44,399 nt of DNA, from assembly GCA_002731795.1 (NCBI GenBank), contig PCCQ01000045.1:1-44399 (forward strand), given 5' to 3'. The position numbers and the translations under genes are program-made. Below the pieces are notes generated by a model. It saw nothing but the letters and a program-made list of their open reading frames with translations, did no database searches and was not told the origin of the DNA. The DNA is from Fidelibacterota bacterium. GTDB lineage: Bacteria > Fidelibacterota > Marinisomatia > SCGC-AAA003-L08 > D37C17. Positions 39,241 to 44,399 of the stretch are shown in pieces (within the stretch, counting starts at the first letter, position 1; every line of letters starts with the position of its first letter).

Positions 39241-39510
39241 TTATTTAACTGCTTTCTTTTCGATGTCCATAACGACCCATCTCTTACTTTTGCTAATTGG
39301 CTTGGACTCCAAAATTCTAACAATATCTCCAGTATTACATATATTTTCAGGGTCATGTGCATAATACTTTTTTGATTTACTTATAAATTTTTTATAGATT
39401 GGATGAGGAAATCTTCTTTCAACCTTAATTACAGCTGTTTTTTCCATAGGAGACTCAATAACTTCACCAACAAGCTGCTTCTTATTTTCTATATTATTTT
39501 TCTGTTCCAT
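39241..39510 (-). CDS. rpsQ: 30S ribosomal protein S17
   Basis: LVGEVIESPMEKTAVIKVERRFPHPIYKK. Confidence 0.93.
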   Translation of the reverse strand: MEQKNNIENKKQLVGEVIESPMEKTAVIKVERRFPHPIYKKFISKSKKYYAHDPENICNTGDIVRILESKPISKSKRWVVMDIEKKAVK

Positions 39511-39716
39511 TATATTTCTCTTTTATTATTCATTGCACTAATTCTTGTTTTAATTCTTGCAATATCTTTTTTTGCATTTCTAATCGCCATTGGATGATCT
39601 AGTTGCTGCAAAGATTTTTGAAATCTCATATTAAACAGGATTTCTTTTTTTTCTTGTAATGCTTTATGTAATTCTTCAATAGAAAGGTCAACATATGTAT
39701 TTATTTTTTTTGCCAT
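39510..39716 (-). CDS. rpmC: 50S ribosomal protein L29
   Basis: [19 protein letters not shown]; 68 aa. Confidence 0.9.
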   Translation of the reverse strand: MAKKINTYVDLSIEELHKALQEKKEILFNMRFQKSLQQLDHPMAIRNAKKDIARIKTRISAMNNKREI

Positions 39717-39718
39717 AT

Positions 39719-40132
39719 TTACAGCTCTCTCCTACTAACAATTTTTGCTTTTATTGGTAGCTTATTTGAACATTTTCTAAATGCTTCTTGCGCCTGCTCG
39801 AAATCTATCCCATCAATTTCAAATAAAATTCTACCTGGCTTTACGACTGCAACCCAATACTCAGGAGAACCTTTTCCTTTACCCATTCTTGTCTCAGCTG
39901 GTTTTTTTGTAATAGCTTTATGAGGGAATATCCTAATCCATACTTTCCCTACTTTTTTAATACTTCTAGATAAAACGATACGAGCAGCCTCAATTTGACG
40001 ACTAGTAATCCAACCTGGCTCAAGTGCTTTTAAGCCAAATGTACCAAACGCGACATGGCTACCCCTTACAGACATGCCCTTCATTCTACCTTTTTGTGGT
40101 TTTCTATATTTTACTTTTCTAGGAGCTAACAT
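39719..40132 (-). CDS. rplP: 50S ribosomal protein L16
   Basis: [19 protein letters not shown] and [24 protein letters not shown]. Confidence 0.96.
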   Translation of the reverse strand: MLAPRKVKYRKPQKGRMKGMSVRGSHVAFGTFGLKALEPGWITSRQIEAARIVLSRSIKKVGKVWIRIFPHKAITKKPAETRMGKGKGSPEYWVAVVKPGRILFEIDGIDFEQAQEAFRKCSNKLPIKAKIVSRREL

Positions 40133-40136
40133 ATGG

Positions 40137-40760
40137 CTACCTTATTTCTCCTTTATAAATCCATGTTTTTATTCCAATAATTCCATAGGTAGTTAAAGCT
40201 TCTACATGAGCATAGTCAATATCAGCTCTTAATGTATGAAGAGGAACTCTTCCCTCCATAAAAGTTTCTGATCTTGCAATATCAGCTCCATTTAATCTAC
40301 CGGCAATACAAATTTTTATACCTTCAGCGCCCATACTCATGGTACTCTGAATTGTTTTCTTTGCAACCCTTCTATAATTAACTTTTTTCTCTAATTGTTG
40401 AGCTATGTTTTGTCCAACAAGAACTGCTTGGAGTTGAGGATTCTTAACTTCATTAACATTTATCTGAACTTCAAGGCCTATCATTTTTGTAATCATCTTC
40501 TTTAAGCTCTCTACTTCAGACCCACCCTTACCAATAACAAGGCCTGGTCTGGCGGTGTAAATATTTATTGAAATTTTCTTTGTTGTCCTTTCAACTTCAA
40601 TTTTTGCTAAACTTGCATCAGAAAGTTTTTTATTTAAAAATTCTCTTATTAGAATATCTTCATGAAGCTTGCTTGCATAATTCTTTTCATCGAACCATGT
40701 AGAATCCCAAGTTTTGTTAATTCCTATTCTAATGCCAATTGGATTTGTCTTCTGTCCCAT
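40137..40760 (-). CDS. rpsC: 30S ribosomal protein S3
   Basis: [23 protein letters not shown] and a KH domain. Confidence 0.96.
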   Translation of the reverse strand: MGQKTNPIGIRIGINKTWDSTWFDEKNYASKLHEDILIREFLNKKLSDASLAKIEVERTTKKISINIYTARPGLVIGKGGSEVESLKKMITKMIGLEVQINVNEVKNPQLQAVLVGQNIAQQLEKKVNYRRVAKKTIQSTMSMGAEGIKICIAGRLNGADIARSETFMEGRVPLHTLRADIDYAHVEALTTYGIIGIKTWIYKGEIR

Positions 40761-40768
40761 TATACCTC

Positions 40769-41110
40769 TTATTTATTCTCTATTGTGATTGTGATATGAC
40801 TCATCCTTTTTCTTATGGGAGTAGCTCTTCCCATAGCCGCAGGCCTAAATCTTTTTAACATTGGACCACCATCAACAAATATTGTTTTAACATATAAGTC
40901 AGATGGATCAAAATTTGAATTATCATCAATATAATTAATATTGGCAACTGCAGAATCAAGCAGTTTTAAAAGAAATTTTGATGCTTTTTTATTTGTTGCA
41001 GATAATATATTCATCGCATCGGCAACATTTTTACCTCTTATCATATCAGCAACAAACCTCACTTTAAACGGAGATTGTCTAACATATTTTAATTTCGATG
41101 AAGCTTCCAT
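40769..41110 (-). CDS. rplV: 50S ribosomal protein L22
   Basis: KYVRQSPFKVRFVADMIRGKNV. Confidence 0.94.
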   Translation of the reverse strand: MEASSKLKYVRQSPFKVRFVADMIRGKNVADAMNILSATNKKASKFLLKLLDSAVANINYIDDNSNFDPSDLYVKTIFVDGGPMLKRFRPAAMGRATPIRKRMSHITITIENK

Positions 41111-41112
41111 TT

Positions 41113-41382
41113 TTATCCTTTTCTATCTCCTGAGTGTGATCTAAACAATCTTGTTGGAGAAAATTCACCTAATTTATGACCTACCATATTTTCTGAAACA
41201 TATACAGGAATGAATTTATGTCCATTGTGAACCGCGAATGTCAATCCTACAAAAGAAGGAGAAATAGTAGTCTTTCTTGACCATGTTTTGATAACCTGCT
41301 TTTTATCAGATGATGATAAATTATCAACTTTCTTTTGAAGCTTAGGGTCAATATATGGACCTTTCTTTAGTGATCTAGCCAT
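41113..41382 (-). CDS. rpsS: 30S ribosomal protein S19
   Basis: [15 protein letters not shown] and [11 protein letters not shown]. Confidence 0.96.
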   Translation of the reverse strand: MARSLKKGPYIDPKLQKKVDNLSSSDKKQVIKTWSRKTTISPSFVGLTFAVHNGHKFIPVYVSENMVGHKLGEFSPTRLFRSHSGDRKG

Positions 41383-41388
41383 TTTTTA

Positions 41389-42219
41389 TTACTTCCTTCT
41401 TTTTACAATAAATTTGTTAGATGGTTTATTTTTCTTTCTAGTTTTGTATCCCTTAGCTGGAGTTCCCCAAGGACTAACTGGATGTCTTCCTCCAGATGTT
41501 CTTCCTTCACCTCCACCGTGAGGATGGTCTACAGGATTCATCGCGACCCCTCTAACTTTAGGTCTTTTTCCAAGCCATCTTGATCTACCAGCTTTTCCTA
41601 TCTTAATATTCTCATGACTTTTATTACCAACAGTCCCAATAGTAGCTAAGCAATTTTCATTTACCATTCTCACTTCGCCAGATGGTAGTCTCAATGTAAC
41701 ATTTCCATCTTCTTTTGCCATAATTCTTGCATACGCACCAGCACTTCTAGATAATTGCCCACCCTTACCAATTTTCAATTCTACATTATGGACAAGCATA
41801 CCATCTGGAATTCTTGATAGAGGCATTGCATTCCCTATATTAAAAGGAATTGACTCTAACTTAGAAGACATAATACTATGACCAACTTTAATTCCATCTG
41901 GAGCAATAATATATCTCTTTTCATTATCAGCATAATTAATTAGTGCGATTCTAGAAGAACGATTTGGATCATATTCAATTGTTAATACTTCACCTGAAAC
42001 ATCAAATTTATTTCTCTTAAAATCAATAATTCTATATCTTCTTTTATGTCCACCGCCTCTTCTTCTAGATGTAATTCTACCTGAATTATTTCTTCCTCCT
42101 GTTTTCTTGATAGGAGTAGTTAATTTTCTGTAAGGTTTATTTGTAGTCAATTCATCAAATGATGAAACAGACATATACCTTTGGCTTGGTGTATCTGGTT
42201 TTAATTTTTTTACAGCCAT
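41389..42219 (-). CDS. rplB: 50S ribosomal protein L2
   Basis: [16 protein letters not shown] and [26 protein letters not shown]. Confidence 0.96.
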   Translation of the reverse strand: MAVKKLKPDTPSQRYMSVSSFDELTTNKPYRKLTTPIKKTGGRNNSGRITSRRRGGGHKRRYRIIDFKRNKFDVSGEVLTIEYDPNRSSRIALINYADNEKRYIIAPDGIKVGHSIMSSKLESIPFNIGNAMPLSRIPDGMLVHNVELKIGKGGQLSRSAGAYARIMAKEDGNVTLRLPSGEVRMVNENCLATIGTVGNKSHENIKIGKAGRSRWLGKRPKVRGVAMNPVDHPHGGGEGRTSGGRHPVSPWGTPAKGYKTRKKNKPSNKFIVKRRK

Positions 42220-42222
42220 AGC

Positions 42223-42543
42223 TTATGAAAAGTCTCCATTAATTAAATCAATTTTATCATCACCAGACAATGTTATTATTGCCTTTTTCCAGTCTGTTCT
42301 ATTCCCATTCGTTCTAATTACTCTACCATTACTCCGAACAGACATGTTTTTATTTTTACCTTTGCAGTTAATTGTAGATACTTTCTTCACTTTAACTTCA
42401 AATCGATTCTCAATTGATCTTTTTATATCAATTTTATTTGCATTTTTAAAGACTTGAAAAACATATTTGTTTTGCAACTCACTTAAAACATTGCTTTTTT
42501 CTGTTAATAAAGGTCTAATAATAACTTCAGTAAAATTTTTCAT
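42223..42543 (-). CDS. rplW: 50S ribosomal protein L23
   Basis: IIRPLLTEKS and position between rplD and rplB. Confidence 0.92.
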   Translation of the reverse strand: MKNFTEVIIRPLLTEKSNVLSELQNKYVFQVFKNANKIDIKRSIENRFEVKVKKVSTINCKGKNKNMSVRSNGRVIRTNGNRTDWKKAIITLSGDDKIDLINGDFS

Positions 42544-42544
42544 A

Positions 42545-43177
42545 TCAACTCTTTTTTAAATCCTCATTATAATATTCAGCAGCTCGCTTATCTAAGATCA
42601 ATGTATCACAATCTAACAAATCTGCTGTAGATGCACTTCCAGCATCAGATAAATAAACATTTCTAATATTTCTAGAACCTAAAATCATCTTATCTTCAAC
42701 TTCATTCAATAAGACAGTTGTTTTTTTATCATCTAAATTGAAATCTTTTATTATTTTCATAAAATCTTTTGTCTTTCCAGACTCAAAACTAAAGTCGTCA
42801 ATTATTATTAATTTTTTATCAATAAGTTTTTTTGATAAAACACTTTTTTTGGCAACTTTTTTAACTTTCTTATTAACTTTAAGATTATATTTTCTTGGTT
42901 TTGGACCAAAAGCTGCACCACCATGTACTCTTGATGGGTTTCTGGTTGATCCAACCCTAGCCCTACCAGTACCTTTTTGTCTCCATGGCTTGGCTCCCCC
43001 TCCTCTAACTTCAGCTCTAGTTTTTGATGAACTAGTACCTTGTCTGAGGGAAGCTAATTCAGCTTTGACAGCTAAATAAATACAATGCTCATTTGGTTCA
43101 ACGCCAAATACATCTTTGTTTAACTTAAGTTTCTTACTACTCTCGGAACCTTTAATACTATATAATTTATAATCCAT
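42545..43177 (-). CDS. rplD: 50S ribosomal protein L4
   Basis: RQGTSSSKTRAEVRGGGAKPWRQKGTGRAR. Confidence 0.95.
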   Translation of the reverse strand: MDYKLYSIKGSESSKKLKLNKDVFGVEPNEHCIYLAVKAELASLRQGTSSSKTRAEVRGGGAKPWRQKGTGRARVGSTRNPSRVHGGAAFGPKPRKYNLKVNKKVKKVAKKSVLSKKLIDKKLIIIDDFSFESGKTKDFMKIIKDFNLDDKKTTVLLNEVEDKMILGSRNIRNVYLSDAGSASTADLLDCDTLILDKRAAEYYNEDLKKS

Positions 43178-43183
43178 AAATAT

Positions 43184-43993
43184 TTATTTCTCTATATATA
43201 CAATTGATTTTGAAGGCCCTGGTATAGCGCCTTTAACAAAAAGTAAATTTTTATTATTATCTACCTTGACAACCTTTAAGTTTTCTACAGTTACTTTATC
43301 GCCACCCATTCTTCCTGCCATTCTTGTTCCAGGCCAAACTCTACCTGGCCACGTTCCCGCACCAACAGAACCAGCTTTTCTCATAACACTATTTTTACCA
43401 TGAGAGGCTCTCCCTCCTCCAAAATTATGTCTTTTCATATGGCCAGCAAAGCCCTTACCTTTAGATTTTCCAGTAACGGTTACATACTCACCTTCACTAA
43501 AGGAATTAACTAAAATTTCACTACCTAGCAAATCTTGACTATTTTCTTCAGTTTTGAATTCCTTTAATACTTTCAATGAATCTTTAAGGTTTGCCTTACT
43601 AAAATGACCTTGATCAGATTTTGTAGGATTTTTCTTTAAGCCAAAACCTACTTGAAGAGCTGAGTAGCCATCCTTATCTGAGGTTTTAACCTGAGTAATC
43701 TTACATGGTCCAGCCTCGATAATTGTACATGGAACACTTGTACCATTTTCAAGAAAGATACTAGTCATACCTAATTTTTTACCAATAATAAAATCAAACA
43801 ATTGGGGATCAATTTCTTTTTCTTCCAATGGAGCTTCTGCCGCAACTTCTTCTTCTGGAGCTTCCTCTACTGGGACTTCTGCAGCAACTTCTTGTGGAAC
43901 TTCTGCTGCCGCAATTTCTTCCACTGAAGCTTCTTCAATAGATTCTTCGTTTGAACTATTTTCTATGTTGTTATCTTTGTCTTCTGAAAACAC
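43184..43993 (-). CDS. rplC: 50S ribosomal protein L3, apparently with a ~64-aa acidic N-terminal extension
   Basis: Core blocks GKKLGMTSIF, GKSKGKGFAGHMKRHNFGGG and W.G.RMAGRMG. The frame is open from GTG 43993, 7 nt after the rpsJ stop. An alternative TTG start at 43801 would give a canonical-length L3. Confidence 0.9.
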   Translation of the reverse strand: MFSEDKDNNIENSSNEESIEEASVEEIAAAEVPQEVAAEVPVEEAPEEEVAAEAPLEEKEIDPQLFDFIIGKKLGMTSIFLENGTSVPCTIIEAGPCKITQVKTSDKDGYSALQVGFGLKKNPTKSDQGHFSKANLKDSLKVLKEFKTEENSQDLLGSEILVNSFSEGEYVTVTGKSKGKGFAGHMKRHNFGGGRASHGKNSVMRKAGSVGAGTWPGRVWPGTRMAGRMGGDKVTVENLKVVKVDNNKNLLFVKGAIPGPSKSIVYIEK

Positions 43994-44000
43994 TTTATTC

Positions 44001-44303
44001 TTATGTCCTTATTTCTATATCTACGCCAGCAGGCATATCAAGTTTCATTAAAGCATCAACTGTCTTGGTTGATGAATTCATTAAGTCCATTATTCTTTTA
44101 TGAACTTTAATCTGATACTGGTCTCTAGATTTTTTATCAACAAATACAGATTTATTGACCGTAATAATTGTCTTCTTAGTCGGTAGTGGGATAGGGCCTA
44201 AAACTAATGCGCCAGTAGTCTTAGCTGTTTTGACAATTTTTTCTGTTGACTTATCTAGCAAGACATGATCATAGGCTTTTAATTTTATTCTAATCCTATT
44301 CAT
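44001..44303 (-). CDS. rpsJ: 30S ribosomal protein S10
   Basis: [17 protein letters not shown]; 100 aa; first gene of the S10 operon. Confidence 0.96.
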   Translation of the reverse strand: MNRIRIKLKAYDHVLLDKSTEKIVKTAKTTGALVLGPIPLPTKKTIITVNKSVFVDKKSRDQYQIKVHKRIMDLMNSSTKTVDALMKLDMPAGVDIEIRT

Positions 44304-44304
44304 C

Positions 44305-44399
44305 TTATTCTATAATCTCCGTTACAACACCAGCACCTACAGTATGACCACCTTCTCTAATCGCAAATCGTAATTCTTTTTCCATCGCAATTGGAGTGA
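44305..44399 (-). CDS. tuf: Elongation factor Tu, C-terminal 30 codons (partial, runs off the right window edge)
   Basis: Not in the ORF track. My own minus-strand translation gives [30 protein letters not shown] plus TAA (stop at 44305-44307), 1 nt before the rpsJ ATG. Confidence 0.9.
   Translation of the reverse strand, partial: TPIAMEKELRFAIREGGHTVGAGVVTEIIE

Noticed and set aside
2736-43079. Remaining short overlapping or antisense track ORFs. Examples: 2736-2918, 4095-4397, 4875-5063, 5570-5776, 5750-5950, 6497-6703, 6806-7108, 7682-7918, 8057-8401, 11230-11571, 13530-13757, 17921-18103, 23224-23553, 23751-24011, 32269-32466, 34262-34489, 36105-36311, 38726-38962, 39403-39597, 40941-41144, 42738-43079.
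   Set aside because: Each is nested within, or antisense to, a longer ORF with clear family motifs. Their translations are low-complexity with no motifs. The density of coupled genes leaves no independent expression signals.
1-44399. CRISPR arrays, IS/transposase or integrase genes, prophage, toxin-antitoxin or restriction/defence modules
   Set aside because: I saw no direct-repeat/spacer structure, terminal inverted repeats or recombinase-like ORFs. Every substantial ORF is accounted for by pilus, housekeeping or ribosomal functions. The only tandem DNA repeat (8607-8696) is in-frame coding sequence.

Overview
AT-rich (about one-third G+C by eye), very gene-dense bacterial chromosome segment. 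It uses Shine-Dalgarno sites, and TAA, TAG and TGA all occur as stops. Layout from left to right:
(1) 1-1727 (-): 5' part of a secreted peptidase C25 (gingipain-like) gene. It runs off the window and is absent from the ORF track.
(2) 1728-2028: 301-bp divergent intergenic region.
(3) 2029-18524 (+): one translationally coupled 14-gene type IVa-pilus-like operon. Order is pilA, pilT, three pseudopilin-like genes, pilMNOPQ, a 1028-aa lipoprotein, pilBCD.
(4) Housekeeping genes: rlmB, an S4-domain Hsp15-like gene, a pyrF-pyrE-cyclophilin-dsbD-tlpA operon, a GNAT-like ORF, and a beta-helix/dockerin-like gene whose frame carries an internal TGA.
(5) hutI, hutU and a GHL10-like gene lie directly downstream of (6).
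(6) A complete S10-spc-alpha ribosomal cluster on the minus strand: 30 genes, including an untracked rpmJ, preceded by the 3' end of tuf.
I saw no rRNA, tRNA, CRISPR, IS element or prophage. The order secY-map-infA-rpmJ without adk, plus C25, GHL10 and dockerin-like proteins, suggests an uncultivated marine FCB-like lineage, but taxonomy cannot be settled from this window. The most unusual material is inside the pilus operon:
- a 756-aa GspK/PilX-like pseudopilin with no recognisable domain;
- a PilN with a roughly 200-aa repeat-bearing extension;
- an acidic Ig-repeat lipoprotein with EF-hand-like loops wedged between the secretin and the extension ATPase;
- a cysteine-free PilB.
All functional calls rest on motif recognition by eye; no database search was possible.
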